Virus record (IMG/VR): IMGVR_UViG_2667527993_000018
Reading direction: 5' to 3' (one strand)
DNA length: 38,304 bases
Source of the DNA: a virus
Lineage: Duplodnaviria > Heunggongvirae > Uroviricota > Caudoviricetes
A model generated the notes under the pieces. It was not told the origin of the DNA and did not search any database. It was given only the letters and a program-made list of their open reading frames with translations. This document shows, in pieces, positions 27,536 through 35,936 of the stretch. The translations under genes were made by a program, and so were the position numbers. How positions within the stretch are numbered: position 1 is the first letter of the stretch; the number at the start of each line of letters is the position of its first letter.

Positions 27536-27907
27536 TTACTTCGTCTTTCCTGCCGGAACAGCAGGCGTTCCGGCCATATCAGTAAATTCATGTTGTCGCC
27601 GCGCCTCCAGACGACGAATACTGGCCTTGTCCACGTTGCAGTTCTTGATCACCGCCAGCAGTTGCAGGTTGTAAGTGACCGATGCCCCAAACGTGAACGG
27701 CTCCGGCGCAGGAGGGACCAGGCAGTCAGCCAGCCATTCAGCGGGGATCGGCACCGGCTTCACAGGCACGTATTTCACAGACGGCCCGGCGCACCCGATC
27801 AGCCACATCATCAGGAACAGGGGCAGAGGCCGCAGGCACTGCCTCCAGCGACCGGCGGACAACGCTCTGCTGCCCCTCGCTGTGCTGAATGTTCTGTTGT
27901 TTTTCAT
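27536..27907 (-). CDS. Putative o-spanin (outer-membrane lipoprotein, Rz1-like)
   Basis: Frame overlapping the i-spanin 3' half; lipobox-like LIGC followed by a proline-rich stretch (PVKPVPIP...PPAPEP); start codon uncertain. Confidence 0.35.
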   Translation of the reverse strand: MKNNRTFSTARGSRALSAGRWRQCLRPLPLFLMMWLIGCAGPSVKYVPVKPVPIPAEWLADCLVPPAPEPFTFGASVTYNLQLLAVIKNCNVDKASIRRLEARRQHEFTDMAGTPAVPAGKTK

Positions 27908-28238
27908 TCGTGGCCGCCTCACTGATTTGTGAAATGAGTTGCAGGGTGTGCTGCTGATTTGCCAGCACCTGACGCGCCTCATCCCGCTCACGCACAAGCA
28001 CCTGATTATTGTCTTCAAGGCGCTGCGTCTTCTGGTGCATTCCCCATATAGCGGCAACCAGTACAGCGATAATCCCCAGCGCCGCCATGCACGCCCCGGC
28101 AATCAGGGCCGGTAAGGCATTATTCACCGCAGCCACAGGACACCCCGTAACAGCAGTACCGCACACAGCAGCGCTATCATGAGCGGTCGCCAGAAGCGGT
28201 TCAGACTTTCGGCAAGTCGTAGCGACATAACCATTCAT
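27738..28238 (-). CDS. Putative i-spanin (Rz-like)
   Basis: Hydrophobic TM segment (ALPALIAGACMAALGIIAVLVAAIWG) followed by Gln/Arg-rich coiled-coil region; directly downstream of endolysin; start uncertain. Confidence 0.45.
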   Translation of the reverse strand: MNGYVATTCRKSEPLLATAHDSAAVCGTAVTGCPVAAVNNALPALIAGACMAALGIIAVLVAAIWGMHQKTQRLEDNNQVLVRERDEARQVLANQQHTLQLISQISEAATNEKQQNIQHSEGQQSVVRRSLEAVPAASAPVPDDVADRVRRAVCEIRACEAGADPR

Positions 28239-28701
28239 CCGCCGAACGGCGGGCCTCAAGGCCGGGGAGTTTCACCCCCTTTGAATAAATCCAGCGGATA
28301 TACTGCTTACAGGACGCGGGCATCTGCCCGGCATTGATCAGGCGCAGAAGCGTGGAGTTGCGAAAGTTCGTTTCACCGGCCCAGAAGATCCACGAAGCCA
28401 GCGCCACCGTCTGACCACGGGTAAGCGGCACCTGAACACGCCGATCAATGGCCGCAAAGGCCCATTTCATGTCCTTTTCCAGTAGTTCCAGGCATTCTTC
28501 ATCTGTCAGGGTCATACCCGGTTTCACATCCGGGCCGGTATGGCCGTAACAGATGGTGGGTGTACCGGTGGGATCGATATACGTGGAGTTTTCTTTCCCT
28601 TCCCAGTAACCGGTGTAATGCGTGGCAATCGTGAACGTCCCGGCACCGGCCAGAACAAGGGCAATCAGCTTTTTACGCAGTGGTGCGGGGAGTTTTGGCA
28701 T
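28201..28701 (-). CDS. Endolysin (lysozyme family) with N-terminal SAR-like signal-anchor
   Basis: 166 aa; N-terminal Gly/Ala-rich weakly hydrophobic segment (LIALVLAGAGTFTIATHY) then a lysozyme-like catalytic region beginning YWEGKENSTYIDPTGTPTICYGHT. Confidence 0.75.
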   Translation of the reverse strand: MPKLPAPLRKKLIALVLAGAGTFTIATHYTGYWEGKENSTYIDPTGTPTICYGHTGPDVKPGMTLTDEECLELLEKDMKWAFAAIDRRVQVPLTRGQTVALASWIFWAGETNFRNSTLLRLINAGQMPASCKQYIRWIYSKGVKLPGLEARRSADEWLCRYDLPKV

Positions 28702-28772
28702 TGTTACGCTGTCTCATGATGTTCTCTGAGTCAGCGTAACGGTGAAGGAGAGGCGGCAGGCTTTGCGGAATA

Positions 28773-29198
28773 TCAGAAAAGTGGCGGTTGCGTTCTTGCC
28801 AGATGCAGACGGCGCTGTTCGCGTATGACGGTATAAATCTGGGTTTCTGACATCCGGTAATGGCGGCGAAGGGATTCAATTTTCTCGCCCCGGTCCCAGC
28901 GCGAAAATATCTCATTGTTTCGCAGCTCGGCAAAGAGAGATTCCCCGACCGGCAGGTAATAACCCCGTCCGCCCATATAGGCTGCCTGAGCCGCAGCCAC
29001 CTTGCGTGCCAGTTTACCGGCCAGTACCGGCTCAATCCCCTGACGCTGAAGTTCTGCGCCGGTGACTTCAACCAGTTCTGACAGGGTCCGCGGCCAGTTC
29101 TTTTTGAGAACATCATCAGGGATGTCATCAAGGCGGTCGATAAGGGCGTGCAGTTGCTCACTGTCACCACCAAACATGCTCATCTGAGTTTCTGCCAT
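28773..29198 (-). CDS. Mor/C-family transcriptional activator of middle/late genes
   Basis: 141 aa; GGAGG 6 nt upstream of the ATG at 29198; located between gemA and the lysis genes as Mor/C are in Mu. Cannot distinguish Mor from C. Confidence 0.7.
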   Translation of the reverse strand: MAETQMSMFGGDSEQLHALIDRLDDIPDDVLKKNWPRTLSELVEVTGAELQRQGIEPVLAGKLARKVAAAQAAYMGGRGYYLPVGESLFAELRNNEIFSRWDRGEKIESLRRHYRMSETQIYTVIREQRRLHLARTQPPLF

Positions 29199-29228
29199 AT
29201 CAGCCTCCGGTTCTCGCGTTCCCGGTAA

Positions 29229-29262
29229 GTTTAAAATAAAAATCCCGCGTTGTGGCGGGATT
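29229..29262 (-). terminator. Rho-independent terminator after gemA
   Basis: Perfect 8-bp stem AATCCCGC / GCGGGATT with 6-nt loop, followed on the minus strand by TTTATTTTAAAC. Confidence 0.55.
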
Positions 29263-29267
29263 TGGGG

Positions 29268-29777
29268 TTAACGGGGAAGTGATTTTTCATACTGCCTGCA
29301 AACGGCGTCATACCCCATCAGCGTGCGTTCGGGCATTCCCATCGCGGCCAGCATTTTGCGGCGGTGCCATCGCTTGAGACGCTCCAGCACATCTGAGGCC
29401 AGGGCGGGGTGTTGCTCCAGCCACTGCCAGTTTGCCACACCTTCGCCGCCGTTCTGCGCGGCCGTCTGCGATTTCACCCAGCGGTTAAGAGCGGTTTCCG
29501 CACCATCAGAGATAAAGCCCTGCCGGTGCATCACTTTCCAGATGGCGCGAATTTTGGCGGTCACCGTACCCGGTTTTAAGGCCCGGTTAACCGGTTTCTG
29601 ACGCACTTTAAAACCGCGTTTTTTGAAAACATCCAGCACGCGGGATAACTCACCGGGTGACATATCCCGGCAGCTGGTTTTGCCGGTGGCTGCCAGTAGT
29701 ACGAATGTGTAGGTCTCATCATCCAGGGCAAGCTCGCGCTTTGCCACATGAATAGCGGATATCAGTTTCCCTCTCAT
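29268..29777 (-). CDS. GemA-like protein (Mu gp16 family)
   Basis: 169 aa; N-terminus MRGKLISAIHVAKRELALDDETY...TGKTSCRDMSPGEL matches the pattern I recall for the gp16/GemA family; position just upstream of Mor/C. Confidence 0.65.
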   Translation of the reverse strand: MRGKLISAIHVAKRELALDDETYTFVLLAATGKTSCRDMSPGELSRVLDVFKKRGFKVRQKPVNRALKPGTVTAKIRAIWKVMHRQGFISDGAETALNRWVKSQTAAQNGGEGVANWQWLEQHPALASDVLERLKRWHRRKMLAAMGMPERTLMGYDAVCRQYEKSLPR

Positions 29778-30070
29778 GCTGTATCAACACTCCTGCTGAT
29801 ATGATAGATATTACTTTCCCGATCGAGCTGAACCCGATACTCCGGAGGAATCACAAAAATATTAAAACCATCATCAGTTTTTATTCTTGAGTAGTATTCC
29901 CCCTTATGATATCTGGCAAGTGCATTAATCAGAGAAGTCGCCGCCAGCCCAATCAGGTATTTTTTATGAAAAATACTGATAACTTTCCGGCACAGCCATC
30001 GTGTAATGACGAATGCACCGAAAAACGATGTGATATATAAACACCAGAACAACTGCGAACTACTGTCCAT
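29774..30070 (-). CDS. Hypothetical membrane protein (98 aa)
   Basis: N-terminal TM segment (LFWCLYITSFFGAFVITRWL); part of an AT-rich four-gene block with overlapping starts and stops. Confidence 0.45.
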   Translation of the reverse strand: MDSSSQLFWCLYITSFFGAFVITRWLCRKVISIFHKKYLIGLAATSLINALARYHKGEYYSRIKTDDGFNIFVIPPEYRVQLDRESNIYHISRSVDTA

Positions 30071-30257
30071 TATCTTTCTCCTTATTCAGTCTTCTGCGAC
30101 ATTCGGCACAGTCATCAGGGCTTTCAAATGTATCCGGCTCGCGATTATGAGCCAGATATAACCACCGCCTACATATACTGATATTATCGCCAGTTTTAAA
30201 AAAATGATGCTTCTTAGCCATCAGAGGGCGCGCCCATCCAGCGGGTAGACTATTCAT
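30060..30257 (-). CDS. Hypothetical small protein (65 aa), Cys/His-containing
   Basis: ORF overlapping both neighbours; AT-rich. Confidence 0.4.
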   Translation of the reverse strand: MNSLPAGWARPLMAKKHHFFKTGDNISICRRWLYLAHNREPDTFESPDDCAECRRRLNKEKDNGQ

Positions 30258-30624
30258 TTGCTTTATCCTCCATACTGGACAAAATCATCTGTATTAATGT
30301 CGGGCGTGGAGATATACGCATTTCATTAAGCGTCTGAAGGGCAGCAACAGCTGCCTGTTTATCGGTGCCTTTGGCAATTTCCGCAAGAGAATGCACAATC
30401 CATAACGGACTTAACGCCACGACTGAATCCAGAATCATGTCATCCATAATAATTTCTGACACATCCCGCTTATCACATTCCTTATCCATAAAAGAAACGA
30501 TTTTTTCCACATCTTCCGGTTTCATGCCTCCGGCGATAAGAAATTTGCGATACTCATAAGACGATCTTAATTCAATACTCATATTCATCTCCTGTAACTC
30601 TGACAAGGACGTGATTTTTCTCAT
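30250..30624 (-). CDS. Hypothetical acidic protein (124 aa)
   Basis: ORF in the AT-rich block (~38-45% GC by eye versus ~55-60% in the phage body). Confidence 0.45.
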   Translation of the reverse strand: MRKITSLSELQEMNMSIELRSSYEYRKFLIAGGMKPEDVEKIVSFMDKECDKRDVSEIIMDDMILDSVVALSPLWIVHSLAEIAKGTDKQAAVAALQTLNEMRISPRPTLIQMILSSMEDKANE

Positions 30625-30806
30625 TTATGTTTTCCAGTAATACGGATATATATGTCGATAAGAAGATTCATAATAAACAGGAAGAGCGACATCCTGATAA
30701 AGAACCAAATATCTGGCATCATGGACAGGTTTCCTGTAATCGCAAATATAAAACCAACCCCCAACACCGGAACGAAAATTGCGAAAAATACAAGTCTCTT
30801 TATCAT
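30621..30806 (-). CDS. Hypothetical small membrane protein (61 aa, two predicted TM helices)
   Basis: Strongly hydrophobic (FFAIFVPVLGVGFIFAITG ... FFIRMSLFLFIMNLLIDIYI); first gene of the AT-rich block. Confidence 0.45.
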   Translation of the reverse strand: MIKRLVFFAIFVPVLGVGFIFAITGNLSMMPDIWFFIRMSLFLFIMNLLIDIYIRITGKHK

Positions 30807-31354
30807 GGCGTTAACTCCCGTAATACAGCGTCCTCGGCAGTCCGGCGATGGTGATAAATAAAATTCACCGTACTCTCGGATAATTCAAATTTCTCGCCGA
30901 TTTCCCTAAAGGTAAGACGCCGTGGTGATTCAGCATCCCGTAATTCACGAATAAGATGAACATCATCGTCAGGTATGCGGGTAAAAGGCAGTAATTCTCC
31001 GTATTTTTTCATGCTTACGCCAATATATCGCGCCCGATTGTGGACAGAATCCCGGTCTCGCCCCAGATATTCTCCTATTTGCTTACCTGTCATCGTCCTG
31101 GCATTTTTTCGGATAAATTTATCTTCATCAGGTTTAAATCTGAGGCGTTTGCATTTGAGCAACTCCGGGTAAGTACCGCGTAATAAAACAATCCGGTTAT
31201 GTACACCCCAGAAACTTCTTTTTATCCTGACAGCAATATCCTTAACCGGGGTGGATGGATAAAGCGCAATCAGCAGCGCATCTTCTTCAGGTGTCCACGC
31301 ACGGACATGAGCGGGTGCACGGCCTTTTCGCCCCATGGGTTGTAAAATCATCAT
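30803..31354 (-). CDS. Hypothetical DNA-binding protein (183 aa) with HTH-like segments
   Basis: W-x-PEED-x-LLI segment near N-terminus and a C-terminal stretch (LTFREIGEKFELSESTVNFIYHHRR) resembling a sigma-region-4/HTH motif; assignment by pattern only. Confidence 0.4.
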   Translation of the reverse strand: MMILQPMGRKGRAPAHVRAWTPEEDALLIALYPSTPVKDIAVRIKRSFWGVHNRIVLLRGTYPELLKCKRLRFKPDEDKFIRKNARTMTGKQIGEYLGRDRDSVHNRARYIGVSMKKYGELLPFTRIPDDDVHLIRELRDAESPRRLTFREIGEKFELSESTVNFIYHHRRTAEDAVLRELTP

Positions 31355-31357
31355 ACA

Positions 31358-31873
31358 TCACCCCCTGACTCGCTTTTCAGCAGCATAAAACTCATCAGAC
31401 AGAATTTCGGTCATTTTCCGTTTTGCGGAATCATCTTCGCACTGAAGGTAAATAACATCGTCAACGCAGAACCACTTCACGGGACCATGCAATATTGCTG
31501 AAAAGTCAATGCCCAGCCAGAACAACAGGGCATCGGTTCTGGCATACGTGACGGGCGAATATTCACGCCACAGACTGTTAAGTTCGTCAGAGGCAACGCG
31601 CAGGGCTTTGGGAATACGTGATGTGCGCGGTGTGCAGCTCCAGCCATTCGACGCAGTCGGTTTTCGCCATAAGTCGCGATGAAAAGGATATTTGTCATCC
31701 ATAAAGCGCAGCCCTTTAAAACAAAAGCCACTGATACCGGATACAAATACCGACCGGCACGCAACATTCAGCACGGCCTCAAGGCGTTTTGCCTCATCCT
31801 TAACTTTCTGGCAGTCCTGCTGATATTTTTTCCACGCGGCCAGCGCGGAAGGGTTTGATGTTTTAAAGAACAT
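31358..31873 (-). CDS. Hypothetical early-region protein (171 aa)
   Basis: ORF in operon context with overlapping start/stop. Confidence 0.45.
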   Translation of the reverse strand: MFFKTSNPSALAAWKKYQQDCQKVKDEAKRLEAVLNVACRSVFVSGISGFCFKGLRFMDDKYPFHRDLWRKPTASNGWSCTPRTSRIPKALRVASDELNSLWREYSPVTYARTDALLFWLGIDFSAILHGPVKWFCVDDVIYLQCEDDSAKRKMTEILSDEFYAAEKRVRG

Positions 31874-32406
31874 TACGCCACCTCCGCAGATATCCCGGCA
31901 GGCGCGGCCGTCCGGTCAACAATCAGGTAACGCAGAACACGCGCGGTGATATTCCAGCCGCTTAAACCGCAGATGATGACACCCAGGCGTATGTCGATAT
32001 ACGCCATCACAAACTGGGGCACGCCTTCTTTCATGGCCTGCTCATCAACTTCAGCCACCACATAAACGGTTTCACAGGTCAGAACGCCCTGAGCAAATTC
32101 CCACGCCATTGACGGAATATCATGCCCCTCAATCCACGGCAGGGATTTTCTGAAGCTGCACCACTGAACATCATCAGCCGCACCTTCCTGGCTGCATTTG
32201 CGACGAACCGGCTGCACCGGGCGGGGACGCGGAATATCATAAAAACCGTTACATTCCGTCAGCACCCCGGCATCGACCGCATCACGCAGAAAATAAACCA
32301 TCGAGGATGGCGGCATATTCATTTTTTCAGCCAGAATGCCGCAGGTCAGACGCCCGTAAATACTCAGCCAGTTTTTAACCCCTTCAAGCACTTTTGCATC
32401 AATCAT
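31873..32406 (-). CDS. Hypothetical early-region protein (177 aa)
   Basis: ORF in operon context. Confidence 0.45.
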   Translation of the reverse strand: MIDAKVLEGVKNWLSIYGRLTCGILAEKMNMPPSSMVYFLRDAVDAGVLTECNGFYDIPRPRPVQPVRRKCSQEGAADDVQWCSFRKSLPWIEGHDIPSMAWEFAQGVLTCETVYVVAEVDEQAMKEGVPQFVMAYIDIRLGVIICGLSGWNITARVLRYLIVDRTAAPAGISAEVA

Positions 32407-32409
32407 GAA

Positions 32410-32952
32410 TTATTCCTCCGTCAGCGCCACATATTCAGAATGTTTAATTTCCTGGCATTCTTCAGGAATACACCCGTTTATTTCCCTGCCATAAGCGCCT
32501 ACTTTAAACACCACGCACAGGGCATCACGGGAGAGTGACGGGGTCCACCAGGAGTCCGTGTTAAACATGGAGGGGATTCTCATTACCCCCAGCTTTTCAC
32601 AGAGCCAGACAAGGAAATCAGGACGCTTTCTTAACTCGCGTTCAGCGGCTTCAATCATTGCGGCAATCGCCGGTCCTTCAGGGCATGACTCATCAGGTCT
32701 GGCAATAAAGCACGGTCCGTCCCCGATAAAAGCCACATCATCGCGCTTACGCCAGCCCGCAGGCAGAGCACCAGAAAAATAAAACTCACTGATTACGTCC
32801 ATGGCAAACGGCTTTAAGCGCAATCCGGCAGCGCCTGTATTTTTCAGTAATGCCCGAAGAATACTGTTGCGTAGCGGTAAAACAGTCTGTTGATATTTGG
32901 TGAAATATTTATTTGTCTGCACACGGTCTAATTTGAAATAAAAATATGCCAT
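32410..32952 (-). CDS. Hypothetical early-region protein (180 aa)
   Basis: ORF in operon context downstream of gam. Confidence 0.45.
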   Translation of the reverse strand: MAYFYFKLDRVQTNKYFTKYQQTVLPLRNSILRALLKNTGAAGLRLKPFAMDVISEFYFSGALPAGWRKRDDVAFIGDGPCFIARPDESCPEGPAIAAMIEAAERELRKRPDFLVWLCEKLGVMRIPSMFNTDSWWTPSLSRDALCVVFKVGAYGREINGCIPEECQEIKHSEYVALTEE

Positions 32953-33049
32953 ATATCCTGTTCCTTATTTTCAGTTTACAGGCGCAGGCAGTCCCCTGAC
33001 GCGAGCGCCATACTTAAAACGATGTGATATTTAAAGATTTAATGCGATG

Positions 33050-33580
33050 TTATTTGTTCAGTCCGGCGTCCTGTTCAAAAGGCTCGACATAAAAACTTTC
33101 AGCGCCTTTATTCACCTTAATACCGGCAATCCCTTTCACCGCATCCGGCTCCGCCAGGACCGCTTCCTTGTTCACTTCCTCTTTCGTGCGGATGAATCGC
33201 TCAAGACCCATACGGCGCAGCATTTCAATCACACCTTCCACATCACGGCTGACGCTGCATGATGGCGTTCCCAGCCGCCATGACACCGTTCCGGTGGTCA
33301 GATTGGCAGTTTTTGTTTTGCCGCCGTTCGTCAGCTCATCGCGGTTGGTTTTGCACCAGTCCTGAATCCCCTTAAAAAGCACTTTGATTTCTTTTTTAAG
33401 GTTTTCAATCTGCGGCGTATAACGGGCGGTGATTTCTGCCACCTCGTCATTCATCGCTGTTTCCAGGCGCAGCGCCTCTCGCTGAATATCGCCCAGGGTG
33501 CGGATATCGCGGCTGACTTCTTCGCGGGTCTGCGGTGCCGCCTCTGCTGCGGCCTTTAATTTTGTAACGCGTTTTGCCAT
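33050..33580 (-). CDS. gam: Gam-like host-nuclease inhibitor (DNA-end binding protein)
   Basis: 176 aa; MAKRVTKLKAAA...IRTLGDIQREALRLETAMNDEVAEIT...NRDELTNGGKTKTANLTTGTVSWR...ERFIRTKEEVNKEA closely matches the Mu Gam sequence as I recall it. Confidence 0.85.
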   Translation of the reverse strand: MAKRVTKLKAAAEAAPQTREEVSRDIRTLGDIQREALRLETAMNDEVAEITARYTPQIENLKKEIKVLFKGIQDWCKTNRDELTNGGKTKTANLTTGTVSWRLGTPSCSVSRDVEGVIEMLRRMGLERFIRTKEEVNKEAVLAEPDAVKGIAGIKVNKGAESFYVEPFEQDAGLNK

Positions 33581-33591
33581 TTTGTTTTTCC

Positions 33592-33885
33592 TTATTGCAA
33601 TGTATCTGGTCCGTTCTGAACAGAACGGCGTTCAACGGAGCTGCTTACCCCCATGGCCTGCATGGAACCCTGTAGTTCATCTGTCAGAAACTGAATGATT
33701 GTGGGGCTGTGATATTTAAGAATTTGTGCATAAACATCACAGGGTCCTGCCGGTCTGTTCTCTGTATCACGTTCGATTTTTACCGTGGCAGTAACCCCCT
33801 CCGTGATTTCCTCACTGTCATTACCGGCTGGCTTTACTTCATGCATTACGTGGTCAAATTCAAAAATAACGCGTACTTTGCTCAT
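33592..33885 (-). CDS. Hypothetical protein, paralogue B of a tandem pair
   Basis: Start at internal ATG (MSKVRVIFEFDHVMHEV...) with AGGGG upstream; N-terminus resembles the adjacent upstream ORF. Confidence 0.45.
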   Translation of the reverse strand: MSKVRVIFEFDHVMHEVKPAGNDSEEITEGVTATVKIERDTENRPAGPCDVYAQILKYHSPTIIQFLTDELQGSMQAMGVSSSVERRSVQNGPDTLQ

Positions 33886-33889
33886 GGAA

Positions 33890-34162
33890 TTACCCCTGCT
33901 GATTAAATTCATTACCTTTAATAACCCCGGAACTCATGTCCATATCTTTCATGAGCGCACTGGCTTTCATTGCCACAAGTTCAGTAAAGTCTCTGCTTTC
34001 CGCGAGCATAACCACCCCAAAAATCATGGCAGGTCCATCACCTTTCTGCTTTATCCCGGTTGAACGTATGTCCAGACTTACCCCCATGCGCACTGTTCCA
34101 TCCGCGTTTTTATGGATAACGTGCTCCTTGTATTCGAAAATAATGCGTACAACTTTACTCAT
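33890..34162 (-). CDS. Hypothetical protein, paralogue A of a tandem pair
   Basis: MSKVVRIIFEYKEHVIHK... N-terminus similar to the next ORF. Confidence 0.45.
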   Translation of the reverse strand: MSKVVRIIFEYKEHVIHKNADGTVRMGVSLDIRSTGIKQKGDGPAMIFGVVMLAESRDFTELVAMKASALMKDMDMSSGVIKGNEFNQQG

Positions 34163-34440
34163 CCTCTGGTCCTCGTTCTGTTTGGATAACTGACCCGGCG
34201 TCTGACCTCACGGCAGAACCGAATCATGGCATTAAAGGCTTCTTCCTCCGTCACCGCTTCCGGTATCCCCGGAACCAGTAACTGCTCCTGTTCATCACGT
34301 CCATGACGCGCCATAACCTCAATCACATGCCGTACCGTGGCAGGCTTTCCGGCAACTATCGGTAATGCACCTTCCGGCAGGACGTAACCAAACTCAATAA
34401 GACCACTCGACCACGCCCATGCAATGAGATTTTTTTTCAC
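34159..34440 (-). CDS. Hypothetical early-region protein (93 aa)
   Basis: ORF with overlapping start/stop in the early operon. Confidence 0.4.
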   Translation of the reverse strand: MKKNLIAWAWSSGLIEFGYVLPEGALPIVAGKPATVRHVIEVMARHGRDEQEQLLVPGIPEAVTEEEAFNAMIRFCREVRRRVSYPNRTRTRG

Positions 34441-34441
34441 C

Positions 34442-34708
34442 TCATACCTCCCAGTAAACCGTGCAGCCGCTGATGCGGGTGGCCTTCACACGGCGACGCA
34501 GGCCGTTGGTCTGTATGGTGATTTCAATTTCACCGGTTCCCTGCACGTTGCCTACCGGCGGCGTGGTTTTCAGTGCAAAACGTTGCGGATAGCGCTTACT
34601 GCGTTCCAGTACCGCACCGGCAAGTTCGGTCAGACGGCGCGCGCTGTTCAGGGAGTCGAATAAATTCATTTTGTTACCGCAGGATTGAATATTCATATAA
34701 CACCTCAT
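34442..34708 (-). CDS. Hypothetical early-region protein (88 aa; start uncertain)
   Basis: ORF in early operon. Confidence 0.4.
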   Translation of the reverse strand: MRCYMNIQSCGNKMNLFDSLNSARRLTELAGAVLERSKRYPQRFALKTTPPVGNVQGTGEIEITIQTNGLRRRVKATRISGCTVYWEV

Positions 34709-34936
34709 TTAGCTGACTTGTTTCGCACCAACAGAACGGCATATTCCGCTGTAAACGTCTGTCGCACCTTCGCGATCAAGTCCGGCAGATATCACCATTC
34801 GTGTGCGGTCATTAAATTCAAAAAGTAAATCGCCACATTCTTTATTTTCGGCCAGTGAAATCACCTTCACGTTATCGAAATTAACCAGGTAAAAGCGTCC
34901 GTAAATATCAGGAATATTAAATACCGCCATAATCAC
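34709..34936 (-). CDS. Hypothetical small protein in the position of Mu kil
   Basis: 75-aa ORF immediately downstream of B, overlapping its stop; call is positional only. Confidence 0.4.
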   Translation of the reverse strand: MIMAVFNIPDIYGRFYLVNFDNVKVISLAENKECGDLLFEFNDRTRMVISAGLDREGATDVYSGICRSVGAKQVS

Positions 34937-35865
34937 ACCTGTGAGAGTAATTCAGGGTTGGTATAAACCTCTTTAAAGGCCGCATTAATATGTTTTTCTG
35001 TCAGCGCCGCGCCTTCACCGCTGGCGGTGAGCCACGCCTGGTTAAGCGTATGTGTCAGAACGCGTAACGCTCCCGGCTTTTCAGCGATAGCCTGCATGAC
35101 GGCCAGCTCGGCCTCACCACTGATCCCCCACGCCCTGGCAATGGCCAGCACATCCGCCTTTTTGGCCTTGCGAAGTTGTTTTGTACGGGCAAGACGGCTG
35201 AACAGGCGCGATAAATCATCAAAGGCGCGGCGTCCACCTTTAAACAATCCGCGTGGGTTACCAATAAGCACCATCCCGATCCCCGTGGCGTCCTGAATTG
35301 CCCGGAGTTGCTCCAGACCGTCAATACCAAGATGATCCGCCTCATCCACAATCACCAGTCCACGCGTTCCCATCAGGCGACGGCGGATGGCGCGGGATAA
35401 TGCCCCTTTGTTCGCGCGGGTGTAATCAATCCCCAGCGCATCGGCCAGCTCCAGCAGACACTCCGTGACGCTGGAGTGCGCGGGTGACAGGGTGATCATC
35501 CAGGTGTTTGGTTGCTCCTGGCAGTAATTACGGGCAGTGGCCGTTTTACCCACACCCGGTACGCCCACGATGACGTTAATACAGCCCATCAGGCGAACCG
35601 CCTGAAACAGTGCGCGCAGCTCCTGGACTGTCTGCGTTTCCACAAACTGCGGCGGTTCCGGCAGTGCGCTTTGTTTATTCCAGTTCTCATACCAGGAGCG
35701 CAGGGAAGCAGCCACAGCAGCGTTATCGCCTTTATATTTCCCCTTGCGGAAAGCCGATAATGTGCCGTCGGAAATTCCCGCCTCTCTGGCGATGGCATAC
35801 TGCGTCAGTACGCCGCCATCAATAAGTTCATCAATGGTCTTGATTACATCGTTAATATCAGTCAT
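34933..35865 (-). CDS. B: Transposition ATPase B (MuB-like target DNA activator)
   Basis: 310 aa; N-terminal HTH then AAA+ ATPase with Walker A GVPGVGKT and Walker B LVIVDEADHL; directly downstream of the transposase. Confidence 0.9.
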   Translation of the reverse strand: MTDINDVIKTIDELIDGGVLTQYAIAREAGISDGTLSAFRKGKYKGDNAAVAASLRSWYENWNKQSALPEPPQFVETQTVQELRALFQAVRLMGCINVIVGVPGVGKTATARNYCQEQPNTWMITLSPAHSSVTECLLELADALGIDYTRANKGALSRAIRRRLMGTRGLVIVDEADHLGIDGLEQLRAIQDATGIGMVLIGNPRGLFKGGRRAFDDLSRLFSRLARTKQLRKAKKADVLAIARAWGISGEAELAVMQAIAEKPGALRVLTHTLNQAWLTASGEGAALTEKHINAAFKEVYTNPELLSQV

Positions 35866-35936
35866 ATTATTAACCTCTCATTTGATACCTTGTTTAATCA
35901 AATAACCTGAGTCGCCGCTCGGGTTATTTTTTTATT

